DNA of 53,986 nucleotides, from IMG/VR virus record IMGVR_UViG_3300032218_001859, positions 1 to 53,986 of that record; one strand, written 5' to 3'. The notes under the pieces were generated by a model. That model was not told the origin of the DNA and did not search any database. It saw only the letters and a list, made by a program, of their open reading frames with translations. Of the stretch, positions 45,099-53,736 are shown piece after piece; the first letter of the stretch is position 1, and every line of letters starts with the position of its first letter. This DNA is from a virus. Its lineage: Duplodnaviria; Caudoviricetes. Both the position numbers and the translations under genes were made by a program.

Positions 45099-46079
45099 AT
45101 GGTTGTTAGACAAGGATATTCTTTACCAGAATTAATTTTACAATTAAATGTTCCTCAAAGAACAATAATGTATAGGGGAATTGTTCGTGATATTCCCACA
45201 AAATTGTTTGAACGTGATTTAGCACCTAATTTGTATCCACTTTGGGATACTGATAAAGACAAATTAATCACATTTACGTGGTATGATAATGAATCCTATG
45301 TTTGTGAAAGGAGAAAATTTTTAAAAAATTTCAAAACAAGTGAATATTATTGGCAAAATTATGAAATGGAATCATATGATTCTGCAGATGGAAAGCAAAT
45401 GTATGAACTTTTAAAAGATACTTTTTATTTGGTGGATTCTTTTGACCGAGAAAATTTTCAACAAGAATTATCAACTTTATATTATCAAACTTCACAAGCA
45501 AATTGGGCAAATATACGACTCATAAGAAATTTTCTTTTATCTGATAGTGATTGGTCGGTAGCTAATGACTCTCCTCTGGCAGAAGAAAATAAAAATATGT
45601 GGGTAAAATATAGAAAAGAATTGCGTGATCTTCCGCTTACAAATATGCAAAATGATCCCAATATTAAAGCTCAAGATATAAAATTTCCTATCGATCCGTA
45701 TTTGTTTAAATCTATTTACTCGGCAAATCATCCAGAAGCTGAATACTTAGATACCCCAGAACAATATATTGCAATTTCTTCCTATTATATTGGAACTTTT
45801 AGAGAAAGAATGATTCAATATCTTATGGTCAAGGAAGTTACCATGGATCTATATTACAAACAGTTCTTACAAATGCTTCAAACTAGACCAGAAGAACCCG
45901 AATATGCTCCAAATCCTGTTGGTAAAGTATTTACAAATGACCAAGAATATCTAGATTACTTGCTAGAAAATGCTAGAAAATCTCTAGAAAAAGAGGGAAA
46001 ACTTGAAGAAGTTCAGCAAGCTACAGCAGAAATTTTATCTTCAGATCAACCAATTGCGGAGGAACCAATAAATGATTAA
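45099..46079 (+). CDS. Tail fibre assembly chaperone-like protein
   Basis: WANIRLIRNFLLSDSDW...DSPL....WVKYRKELRDLP motif. Confidence 0.75.
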   Translation: MVVRQGYSLPELILQLNVPQRTIMYRGIVRDIPTKLFERDLAPNLYPLWDTDKDKLITFTWYDNESYVCERRKFLKNFKTSEYYWQNYEMESYDSADGKQMYELLKDTFYLVDSFDRENFQQELSTLYYQTSQANWANIRLIRNFLLSDSDWSVANDSPLAEENKNMWVKYRKELRDLPLTNMQNDPNIKAQDIKFPIDPYLFKSIYSANHPEAEYLDTPEQYIAISSYYIGTFRERMIQYLMVKEVTMDLYYKQFLQMLQTRPEEPEYAPNPVGKVFTNDQEYLDYLLENARKSLEKEGKLEEVQQATAEILSSDQPIAEEPIND

Positions 46080-46437
46080 TCCATATTCTTTTACAAATTT
46101 TCTAGATGTATTGTGTGAAAATGCTAAATCTAGTGGATTTTCGTATTTGTTTTTTTACAACCCGTATTTTGCAAAGCTAGAGCAGGATAAAAAAGAAAAA
46201 ATTTTAAAATATTATGAAGAACACTTACCAGAAGAAGTGTATTACGCAATTAAGCAAGAATTTCAAAATGTTTTAAAATATGTTAGTGCAGATTCTGCTA
46301 TTGCTGACGCATCTTCGTGGTTTCCTGCAGTTAATTACTTACCAGACAGTGATTACTACTGGCATTGTTATGTTATTTCTCCAGAGGGAGGTTTTGAATA
46401 CGAAAATATTGTTATGAAATCAAAACCAGTTCAATAA
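46072..46437 (+). CDS. Hypothetical protein
   Basis: 121-aa ORF with GGAGG RBS, coupled to the previous gene. Confidence 0.75.
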   Translation: MINPYSFTNFLDVLCENAKSSGFSYLFFYNPYFAKLEQDKKEKILKYYEEHLPEEVYYAIKQEFQNVLKYVSADSAIADASSWFPAVNYLPDSDYYWHCYVISPEGGFEYENIVMKSKPVQ

Positions 46438-46480
46438 CTGGCACGGGGGGCTTGACCAGCCCCCTTTTTCGTGGCATACT
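46436..46480 (+). promoter_or_regulatory. Terminator hairpin fused with an early promoter and AACTGGCAC box
   Basis: AACTGGCAC(46436); GGGGGCT-TGACC-AGCCCCC-TTTTT; TTGACC(46452)-N17-CATACT(46475). Confidence 0.75.
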
Positions 46481-46503
46481 GTCTGTATCAAAACGCTTTT
46501 GCC

Positions 46504-47736
46504 ATGAAACTCCGTCCCCACCAACAACGTGGTTCTGTAGCTCTTCGGATGAATGCTTTCGGTCAGGTGATCGTACCCACCGGGGGCGGCAAGACCCTTA
46601 TCATGATTCTTGATGCTCTTCGTCGCTTTATTGAATCAGACACACCACTCACGATTCTGATGTGTGCTCCTCGTATTTTGCTGGCTGAGCAACTGTCTTC
46701 CGAATTTCTTGAGATGATTAGCTGTGCCGACGTTCTTCACGTTCACAGTGGCGAAACTCAACACTACCGAACCACAAAACCGGAAAAAATTCTCCAGTGG
46801 AATTCTCTTCTCAAAGATGAGCACCAACTGATCTTCACCACATACCATTCTCTTCATCGTATTAACGAATCTGGTATCAAGATTGATGTTGCTTACTTTG
46901 ATGAAGCACACAATGCTACCAAGAAAAACTTCTTTACTAGTGTTGCTGAGTGTAATGCCGACAATTATTATTACTTCACTGCTACCCCTAAGCACACGGC
47001 ATCTCCCTATGGCACTGGCATGAATAATCGTCTTGTGTTTGGTGATGTGCTTGAAACTGTGCCTGCTCCTGAGCTGGTTGAGAATGGTAGCATTCTTCCT
47101 CCTACTGTCTTGACCCACGAGGTTGACTACGAACGTCAGAAGGGCACCAGTGCCGCCTCAGACGACGCTCAGACCCTCCTTAACATCATTGATGACCTAG
47201 ACGAGCATTCTGGCTCGAAGGTGCTTGTAGCCGCTCCTAGCAGCAAGGTACTGTGGGAAGCAGTGTCTCGCACAGCCCTACTTGACAATCTCCAGAAAAG
47301 GGGTTATGATGTACTTCATATCACCAGCAAGTTTGGTGCGTATGTCAACCGCCAGAAGGTCAACCGGGAGAAATTCTTTGACACTTTTAATGCTTGGGGT
47401 AAAGATCCTAACCGTAAGTTTGTGATCTTTCACTACAGCATTCTTTCTGAAGGTATCAACGTTCATGGTCTGACTCATACTATTCTTATGAGGAACCTGA
47501 ACGTAGTTGAAATGGCACAGACCATTGGTCGAGTGATTCGTCTGAATCATCAAGATGCTCAGGATATTGCCACCGGCAAAATTGCTGCTGGTCAATTCAA
47601 CATGTATCGTAAGCCAACTGGTTTCGTTACTGTTCCTGTGTTTAAAAATTACGGCAAGAAAACTCAAGCCCGGCTTGAAGATTTAGTTCAAACCGTATTT
47701 GTCGAAGGCAACCCCGTCATTCATGTAACCAAATGA
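46504..47736 (+). CDS. SF2 DEAH helicase (ResIII-like)
   Basis: LRPHQ, PTGGGKT, DEAH, TAT, LSEGINV, QTIGRVIR. Confidence 0.9.
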   Translation: MKLRPHQQRGSVALRMNAFGQVIVPTGGGKTLIMILDALRRFIESDTPLTILMCAPRILLAEQLSSEFLEMISCADVLHVHSGETQHYRTTKPEKILQWNSLLKDEHQLIFTTYHSLHRINESGIKIDVAYFDEAHNATKKNFFTSVAECNADNYYYFTATPKHTASPYGTGMNNRLVFGDVLETVPAPELVENGSILPPTVLTHEVDYERQKGTSAASDDAQTLLNIIDDLDEHSGSKVLVAAPSSKVLWEAVSRTALLDNLQKRGYDVLHITSKFGAYVNRQKVNREKFFDTFNAWGKDPNRKFVIFHYSILSEGINVHGLTHTILMRNLNVVEMAQTIGRVIRLNHQDAQDIATGKIAAGQFNMYRKPTGFVTVPVFKNYGKKTQARLEDLVQTVFVEGNPVIHVTK

Positions 47737-47936
47737 AAACACTTCTTATTGCTGTTGTTGTAGCATTTGCTACTACGCCAGCCCACGCAAATGATATGAT
47801 GGTTTATGTGAACGTCAATCGTCTGTGTGCATCTATAGTCAACATTCCCTATGCTTCTGATAACTTCAGTGATGCAGAATGGAAAAAATTTCAAAAATGT
47901 GTTAAATATGTACGAACTTTCAATGGTATCGAATAA
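47733..47936 (+). CDS. Small secreted protein
   Basis: Signal peptide ending AHA; two Cys. Confidence 0.7.
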   Translation: MKTLLIAVVVAFATTPAHANDMMVYVNVNRLCASIVNIPYASDNFSDAEWKKFQKCVKYVRTFNGIE

Positions 47937-48136
47937 TGTATGAAAATCTTTCGGATTATGAACGAGCACTTGCACGGTTTGGTGATAAAGTTGCCCTCAT
48001 TGCAGGACTTGAAATCACAGATAAAATCTCGCCAGAAGATGCTTATCAACAAATCAAGGAACTTTACAAAGAACTTAAGAGCCTCCGTAAACGAGAAAAG
48101 GGAGAATGGGAATACCCAGAACCCGATAAAAAATAA
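47936..48136 (+). CDS. Small hypothetical protein resembling a conserved cyanobacterial family
   Basis: FGDKVALIAGLEITDKISPEDAYQQIKELYKELK. Confidence 0.75.
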   Translation: MYENLSDYERALARFGDKVALIAGLEITDKISPEDAYQQIKELYKELKSLRKREKGEWEYPEPDKK

Positions 48137-48179
48137 AGATTAAACAAGGCAATAAATAATTTTAATTGAACTCAGGCCA

Positions 48180-48440
48180 ATGGAACTATACTATTACGCT
48201 GTATTTGCTGTTTTTGCTGTTGTTACATATATGGTAGCAGTTGATAAAAATGTAGCAATTTTTATAGAATTAATGTTTCGTTTTGCTTGGGTTCAACTCA
48301 AACGAGCGTGGTGGATCGTCAGATTTCATCCCGTTAACCCAATCCCCCGTTGGACTCTCAACTGGAGAGTTGAGAGAATGACAAGGCAATTGGAAAAAGA
48401 TCTCAAGATCAACACAAAGGACTTGACAGACCCCGACTAA
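48180..48440 (+). CDS. Hypothetical membrane protein
   Basis: N-terminal TM segment; HPVNPI motif. Confidence 0.75.
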   Translation: MELYYYAVFAVFAVVTYMVAVDKNVAIFIELMFRFAWVQLKRAWWIVRFHPVNPIPRWTLNWRVERMTRQLEKDLKINTKDLTDPD

Positions 48441-48451
48441 CCTGCTACGAT
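48423..48451 (+). promoter_or_regulatory. Early promoter
   Basis: TTGACA-N17-TACGAT with TG extension. Confidence 0.7.
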
Positions 48452-48473
48452 ACCACCATCATCAAAATTCTTC

Positions 48474-48656
48474 ATGACAAAATACGACAAACTCATGGAT
48501 GTCATTAAAGATCATCTGTACGCCTATTACATCAGCGGTAAACAAAATGATTGTTGGGACGAAGCAGACGCTCAAGAATCTTCTCATATGATTCTTCAAG
48601 TAGTTGAAGAGTACCAATCTTCCCCATCTTTCTGTAACTGGAGAGCAACCGATTAA
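48474..48656 (+). CDS. Hypothetical protein
   Basis: First ATG after the promoter; TAATG-coupled to the next gene. Confidence 0.7.
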   Translation: MTKYDKLMDVIKDHLYAYYISGKQNDCWDEADAQESSHMILQVVEEYQSSPSFCNWRATD

Positions 48657-49084
48657 TGACAAACTCTAAAACAGTTAAAATGAATTGGTTTGACTATTGG
48701 ATCGGTCATTGTTGGATGACTGGTTGGCAATCTATTCGATCAAATTTTCGTATGTGGGGAGATTTGATGGGCAGTAATTATGAAGTTTATGCTCTTCCTA
48801 GATCAGTAATTGACGCCGAAGCAGAATGTATTGAGTGGTTTTGGATATCACTCAACGAGGATGATGTTTATCCCAAAGAGTTTCTTGAGTATCTACGAGA
48901 ATTGTGTAGAAAAATTGACTCGGGAGAAGAAAAAACTTATCCTATAGATTTTGATAAATTTGGCGAATTAATGGAAGTTTCTGAAGAAGATTTTGATACA
49001 TTTATGGAGATGCTTGACAACCCACCAGCACCAAGTCAAGGACTAATTGATCTAATGAACCGTAAATCGCCATGGGAGAAATGA
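48656..49084 (+). CDS. Hypothetical protein with DUF1778/TacA-antitoxin-like C-terminal segment
   Basis: C-terminus VSEEDFDTFMEMLDNPPAPSQGLIDLMNRKSPWEK. Confidence 0.7.
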   Translation: MTNSKTVKMNWFDYWIGHCWMTGWQSIRSNFRMWGDLMGSNYEVYALPRSVIDAEAECIEWFWISLNEDDVYPKEFLEYLRELCRKIDSGEEKTYPIDFDKFGELMEVSEEDFDTFMEMLDNPPAPSQGLIDLMNRKSPWEK

Positions 49085-49293
49085 CACACGAAGAAATGCT
49101 TGAAGAAGCAGCGAAACGAGAAGCAACAAACAAACAGGTTTACCCTGGTGGCGATTCTATCGAATCATTTCCACATGTCACCCGTGTGGAAGTAATTGGT
49201 AAAAAAGGACGAGAGTTTACTCAATATGACTGCTCTAATGTTCAAGTGTCAATGCAAGATCAGGGACGAACACTTAAAGTATTTTTATCATGA
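49081..49293 (+). CDS. Hypothetical protein
   Basis: ATGA coupling; VTRVEVIG..GR...SMQDQGRTLKVFL. Confidence 0.75.
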   Translation: MTHEEMLEEAAKREATNKQVYPGGDSIESFPHVTRVEVIGKKGREFTQYDCSNVQVSMQDQGRTLKVFLS

Positions 49294-49808
49294 CTGAAAT
49301 GCAAACCGCCGTTGGTGCTATTGGTGAATGTACTGATGCACTCAAAGAACTTGACCAAACAGAAAAGGTAGAACTACGAGCAGAGTTGGAAGCAAAGAAG
49401 AAAGAAAACTTTCAGTTGGTTGCTGATGCTTGTATGAAAGAATACGAGCAGAAGTATGATCGTGATGTATTTCCAGTAGATGAGTATTGGGTCTATATGG
49501 TTGCTGATTACTTTGCCACTGGCGAAGGTCAAACCACATGTATTATGATGACACAGGCGATACCAAACTGCAAAGAAGATTTTGAAAACTCAGAAAATAA
49601 GTACGTCGCAACAACAACACAACAATACCGTGCTGTGAGAGAGTTTCATAAACAGTTTGGCACATGGCATCTCCATGGTCTACGATTCATCACCAAAGAG
49701 GATTTCTATACTCAATGGGCTTTCTACATTCCTCCGGTGGTGATGAAGGTGTCTAATGCCAAATGCTATAAATCATTTTATACTGAAGTTCATTACAATT
49801 TTTCATAA
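49290..49808 (+). CDS. Hypothetical protein
   Basis: 172-aa ORF, ATGA coupling; DYFATGEG motif. Confidence 0.75.
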   Translation: MTEMQTAVGAIGECTDALKELDQTEKVELRAELEAKKKENFQLVADACMKEYEQKYDRDVFPVDEYWVYMVADYFATGEGQTTCIMMTQAIPNCKEDFENSENKYVATTTQQYRAVREFHKQFGTWHLHGLRFITKEDFYTQWAFYIPPVVMKVSNAKCYKSFYTEVHYNFS

Positions 49809-49975
49809 TGGAAGTCACTGAACATAACATTGATGCTGATTTTAATCATGCTGAGATTGAAGCATTGCTGACACTAGTAAAACCTGAAATGCTCAGGAAG
49901 GATAATGACACGTTCACGTATTTGTTTTATTCTAAAATTTATGGTAAACTACTTGGTATGAAACATGACAGATAA
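49808..49975 (+). CDS. Small hypothetical protein (55 aa)
   Basis: TAATG coupling; fills the gap; MEVTEHNIDADFNHAEIEALL... Confidence 0.6.
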   Translation: MEVTEHNIDADFNHAEIEALLTLVKPEMLRKDNDTFTYLFYSKIYGKLLGMKHDR

Positions 49976-50159
49976 AGAACTTTACAACCCAGATGAGTTT
50001 CTACTTGACAACATCAAAAGCTATCACTATGAGGTGATGGATGAAGGTGAGCATGTGTGGATGGCATTCTATTTGGAGAATGGTAACACAGGGCACTTGA
50101 ATATTTTTCTGAATGATGGTAAGATTAACACACGCTATGAGGAATGGGTAAATGACTGA
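49965..50159 (+). CDS. Hypothetical protein
   Basis: 64-aa ORF in an operon chain. Confidence 0.7.
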   Translation: MTDKELYNPDEFLLDNIKSYHYEVMDEGEHVWMAFYLENGNTGHLNIFLNDGKINTRYEEWVND

Positions 50160-50331
50160 ACTCGCAAAATTTGCACACATTACACGGGTGATTGATCCTA
50201 AAACTAGGATTCATTACCTTGATGCTATTGATAATCAAGGACGGCATTGGATGGCACAAATGTCACATAAAGAAGCGCCATGGTTGTGCTATACTGAAAC
50301 TTGGAAACTTGCCCCACAAAAACTGATTTGA
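50152..50331 (+). CDS. Small hypothetical protein (59 aa)
   Basis: MTELAKFAHITRVIDPKTRIHYLDAID..GRHWMAQM; fills the gap. Confidence 0.65.
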   Translation: MTELAKFAHITRVIDPKTRIHYLDAIDNQGRHWMAQMSHKEAPWLCYTETWKLAPQKLI

Positions 50332-50332
50332 A

Positions 50333-51037
50333 ATGATTTACGATACTGTTTTTATTTCTGATGTTCATTTAGGAACTGACAGATGCAACACTGAAAAGTT
50401 CTTGAAATTTCTCAAAGAACTCAAAACTAAAAAACTGGTAATGGTAGGTGACATCATAGACATCTATTGTATGGAGAAATACAATACCAGATGGAAACGA
50501 GAGCACACCGAATGTGTTCACGCACTCTTAAATTTGTGCAAAAAAGGCACAGAAGTTGTTTATGTTCTTGGTAATCACGAAGGTGCAGTCCGAAGGTATT
50601 GTAATTTTGAGCACAAAAATTTTATGATGTGTGATGAGTACGTCCATAAGGATAATGCCGGGAATAAGTATCTCTGCACTCATGGAGATAAGCATTCCGA
50701 ATATTCTTCTGGTTCTTGGAAGCAACTGGTATTCAACTGGGGGTATGAGTTTATCACACCTTTGAGTATTTGGTTAAATCGTTTCTTTCGGTTCTCTTTG
50801 GTGTATTTTCTTAAAAATAGTGTGAGAGGAAAAAGTTATATTGATAAGTATGAGTACGATTTAATTATATACTGCAATCAACAAAAAAAGGATTATACTG
50901 GAGTTATTTGCGGACACATTCATCACGCAAACATTCGACGGTTTAATAACTTGATTTATATGTGCTGTGGTGATTTTGTTGATACGTGTTCTGCTATTCT
51001 TGAAAAGAATGGTGTTTATTGTTTGGAGAAATACTGA
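50333..51037 (+). CDS. Metallophosphoesterase (LpxH/YbbF-like)
   Basis: FISDVHLG, GDIID, GNHE, HGD, CGHIH motifs. Confidence 0.88.
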   Translation: MIYDTVFISDVHLGTDRCNTEKFLKFLKELKTKKLVMVGDIIDIYCMEKYNTRWKREHTECVHALLNLCKKGTEVVYVLGNHEGAVRRYCNFEHKNFMMCDEYVHKDNAGNKYLCTHGDKHSEYSSGSWKQLVFNWGYEFITPLSIWLNRFFRFSLVYFLKNSVRGKSYIDKYEYDLIIYCNQQKKDYTGVICGHIHHANIRRFNNLIYMCCGDFVDTCSAILEKNGVYCLEKY

Positions 51038-51369
51038 TGAAATTACTTGATAACTACAAACGCTGGGTTGATACAAACAACTGGTTAGATGGTCACACAG
51101 ACAAGTATGGCACATGGTATCCTAAACAATACCGATGGAATATATTTGATGATAGAAACCTTTGGTTGCCATATTGGTGGTCTGATTACCTTTGTGGGTG
51201 GCATTGTGTTCGCTATTCTATTGAAGAATGGAGTGAACATATGTCAGGATATAAACGACCATTTGGTGCTCCAGTAAACTTCTGGGCAGAAATAAACTAT
51301 GGTTCTATTTGTATGAAATACGATGCTGACCATAAGCAATCCTTATCAATGACTCCCTTGACTTTCTGA
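51037..51369 (+). CDS. Trp-rich hypothetical protein
   Basis: TGATG coupling; 110 aa. Confidence 0.6.
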   Translation: MKLLDNYKRWVDTNNWLDGHTDKYGTWYPKQYRWNIFDDRNLWLPYWWSDYLCGWHCVRYSIEEWSEHMSGYKRPFGAPVNFWAEINYGSICMKYDADHKQSLSMTPLTF

Positions 51370-51386
51370 GTCATTGGGGCTATTAT
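51347..51386 (+). promoter_or_regulatory. Early promoter with an inverted repeat around -35
   Basis: CAATGACTC/GAGTCATTG flank TTGACT(51358); N17; TATTAT(51381). Confidence 0.7.
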
Positions 51387-51414
51387 GTATTCATACAAAT
51401 CAAACGACACTCTT

Positions 51415-51618
51415 ATGTCTTCTTCATCTTCCTCTTCTTCTGGTGGCATCAGTTTCACTGGTGCCCTGACTATTCTGTTCATTGGATTGAAATTAGGTCA
51501 TGTAATTAACTGGTCTTGGTGGTGGGTATTGTCTCCCATTTGGATTAGTGCTCTGTTTGTGTTAGCTATCATTTTGATTGTTGCTATTGTTGCTGTTATT
51601 GCTCAGCTCAACAAATGA
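51415..51618 (+). CDS. Small membrane protein
   Basis: MSSSSSSSSGGISFTGALTILFIGLKL.HVINWSWWWVLSPIW; widespread phage TM family. Confidence 0.8.
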   Translation: MSSSSSSSSGGISFTGALTILFIGLKLGHVINWSWWWVLSPIWISALFVLAIILIVAIVAVIAQLNK

Positions 51619-51848
51619 GGAAAGTTATTCTTAATCCCAAATCCAGCAAGGCTAAAAATCGTCTTGCCAATACAATGGAAGGCAACCCCGTTTGTATTGT
51701 AGAACAGGATAGTGGTGGTGAGTTGTTCTTAGTATCTGAGAACCGCAAATACTCTATGTGGGTTGCCACTCGCACTGGAACTAATCGTTTTGGTGATAAA
51801 TCTGATTCCCACTGGGAAATTACTGCTGACTTTGAGGTAATCGAATGA
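51615..51848 (+). CDS. Hypothetical protein
   Basis: ATGA coupling; PKSSKAKNRLANTM. Confidence 0.75.
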   Translation: MRKVILNPKSSKAKNRLANTMEGNPVCIVEQDSGGELFLVSENRKYSMWVATRTGTNRFGDKSDSHWEITADFEVIE

Positions 51849-52027
51849 AAGTTAAAATGCGTGTCATCTTAGAGATGGCGATTGAAGAAGGTGTACGTCG
51901 TGGTTATTCACGGGCACACAAACATGTTGAGAACCCCACTGAGGGTGCTATCATTGAGCGGATTGAAGATTGTGTGATGTCTGCTATTACTGAGTATTTT
52001 ACATTTGAAGATGGAGATTTCCTATGA
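51845..52027 (+). CDS. Hypothetical protein
   Basis: ATGA coupling; ILEMAIEEGVRRGYSRAHKH. Confidence 0.75.
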   Translation: MKVKMRVILEMAIEEGVRRGYSRAHKHVENPTEGAIIERIEDCVMSAITEYFTFEDGDFL

Positions 52028-52236
52028 CTTACGACCAACTTTACGAGCACATCACTAGGTATGTTGCTGAACCACATACTACCATCACTGAGCATGATAA
52101 ACGTCGTGCTTGCCTCATTCTAGGTTCCTTCGTGGAGTTTATCCTTGATTGTAATGATGAAGGTGTTGATGCTAATAAGATTGATTTCACTGATTTTGTT
52201 TCTGACCAACTTGACATTTTGGAGGGTAAAAAATGA
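52024..52236 (+). CDS. Hypothetical protein
   Basis: ATGA coupling, GGAG RBS. Confidence 0.7.
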   Translation: MTYDQLYEHITRYVAEPHTTITEHDKRRACLILGSFVEFILDCNDEGVDANKIDFTDFVSDQLDILEGKK

Positions 52237-52520
52237 GCGGCGGGCATTTTACTGACTGTGGTTACGATTATTACAAAGTAAGGCAGTTTGCTGATGAGTT
52301 GAAAGATGAAATCCGACGCAACGGTAAAGCAGGAGAAGATGGTGATTGGTATCCAAACCATTCTGATGAGGTGATTGAGTATCTGAAAGAACAGGTGCCT
52401 AAGATGCGTAAGATGGCAGAGATTATGAGGCACATTGACTATTTGTATTCTGGTGATCATGGCGATGATAGTTTTATGAACCGAATAGAAGAAGTGGAGG
52501 AAAAATATAATTATGACTAA
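52233..52520 (+). CDS. Hypothetical protein
   Basis: MSGGHF...IDYLYSGDHGDDSF; GGAGG RBS. Confidence 0.75.
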   Translation: MSGGHFTDCGYDYYKVRQFADELKDEIRRNGKAGEDGDWYPNHSDEVIEYLKEQVPKMRKMAEIMRHIDYLYSGDHGDDSFMNRIEEVEEKYNYD

Positions 52521-52833
52521 CCAACACCCAATCACCCCGCCGCCAGATCTGTTAGATAGGTGGCACACCCTGCCATGTCACCTAAGCACTAAAGAGATCT
52601 TTGTGATGGTTGCTCGCTGGGGCGCCGACCAGGAGCTGGAGGCGTGTGTGAACTGGTTAATTGAAAACCAGAACCCACGATGGGCTCTTGCCCTCGAAGC
52701 CGCCCGCCGCCCAAAACCTCCAACGGATAAAGAGTTGGCGCTTCGTGAACTAGGCGATGCCTACGACAAAGGCAAGATTGACGACACAACTTACGACGCC
52801 ATCCGTAAAGCACTGGAGCAACTCAATGACTGA
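52513..52833 (+). CDS. GC-rich hypothetical protein
   Basis: MTNQHPITPPPDL...ARWGADQELEAC..WL...AARRPKPP; about 56% GC. Confidence 0.75.
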   Translation: MTNQHPITPPPDLLDRWHTLPCHLSTKEIFVMVARWGADQELEACVNWLIENQNPRWALALEAARRPKPPTDKELALRELGDAYDKGKIDDTTYDAIRKALEQLND

Positions 52834-53026
52834 ACGAGCACAAAAAGTAATGGATGCCATTTGGCAAGCCAGAAATAATGGTGGAGCAGACACCGAAAAC
52901 AAACTGACCGCTGCTATTCTTCGTATTGTCTCGGAAAATGTTGTGTGTTATAATGCTCAGAATAGCTTGACTGTTTTGGACAAAAATGATATGATGAATC
53001 TTTCGAACGAAATCGAGGCACTATGA
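52826..53026 (+). CDS. Hypothetical protein
   Basis: GGAG RBS; MTERAQKVMDAIW... Confidence 0.7.
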   Translation: MTERAQKVMDAIWQARNNGGADTENKLTAAILRIVSENVVCYNAQNSLTVLDKNDMMNLSNEIEAL

Positions 53027-53187
53027 CCGAATTTACTTCAGACGAATACAAAATTATTCAACAGGCAGTCCGATACTACCAGATCAATGGTGTTCACTTT
53101 AACGGTAAAGATTACGAGAGTTGCTCGTCAGTACTTGACAAAGTTTTTCCGTTTGTTTATACTCAAAAATTAGAGCAACCAACATGA
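53023..53187 (+). CDS. Small hypothetical protein (54 aa)
   Basis: ATGA coupling, GAGG RBS; MTEFTSDEYKIIQQAVRYYQ. Confidence 0.65.
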   Translation: MTEFTSDEYKIIQQAVRYYQINGVHFNGKDYESCSSVLDKVFPFVYTQKLEQPT

Positions 53188-53339
53188 TTGAAATCCAGAA
53201 AAATTATAAAATTACACTGAACGAAGAACAGGCACATGTATTGTATCATATTCTTGATATGACTGATAATGATAGGAGACGGGGATTGAATAAACTTTAT
53301 AATGAACTGAAAGACACTCTCAAAATTGGAATACGATGA
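53184..53339 (+). CDS. Small hypothetical protein (51 aa)
   Basis: ATGA coupling at both ends; MIEIQKNYKITLNEEQA. Confidence 0.65.
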   Translation: MIEIQKNYKITLNEEQAHVLYHILDMTDNDRRRGLNKLYNELKDTLKIGIR

Positions 53340-53557
53340 CTGAATATACTGAATATACTTTTCCCGATGATTACGATAAATGGAACACATACTTTATCAC
53401 ACAACCAAAATACTCTAACTGGACTTGTTATGCGTTTGGTGGTGATGCTGGTTTTTCTCCTCTCACTTGGACACCACAAGAAGGTAAAGTTCCTAATGCT
53501 TGGGTGAGGTTCTGGTCTAAAGTATTTTTTGATTGTAAGTGGGTGAAGAACAAATGA
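53336..53557 (+). CDS. Hypothetical protein
   Basis: ATGA coupling; SNWTCYAFG...EGKVPNAWVRFW. Confidence 0.7.
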   Translation: MTEYTEYTFPDDYDKWNTYFITQPKYSNWTCYAFGGDAGFSPLTWTPQEGKVPNAWVRFWSKVFFDCKWVKNK

Positions 53558-53736
53558 AATACAATCGTCCTATGAATGTCTTTGAGAAACTCCAAGCAGG
53601 TTGGTGGTGGACAGGACAAATCTTTGAAGAATGGTGTGATACTATGACAAATGATGAGTATTGGGAGTTCTTTCAATATCTTCAAACTGATTATGTAAAA
53701 TATGAGGAGGATACTTATTATACGGACACTCCCTGA
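53554..53736 (+). CDS. Hypothetical protein
   Basis: ATGA coupling; aromatic/acidic 60-aa protein. Confidence 0.7.
   Translation: MKYNRPMNVFEKLQAGWWWTGQIFEEWCDTMTNDEYWEFFQYLQTDYVKYEEDTYYTDTP

Noticed and set aside
46504-47736. Type III restriction-modification system
   Set aside because: Helicase core only; no methyltransferase or nuclease domain nearby.
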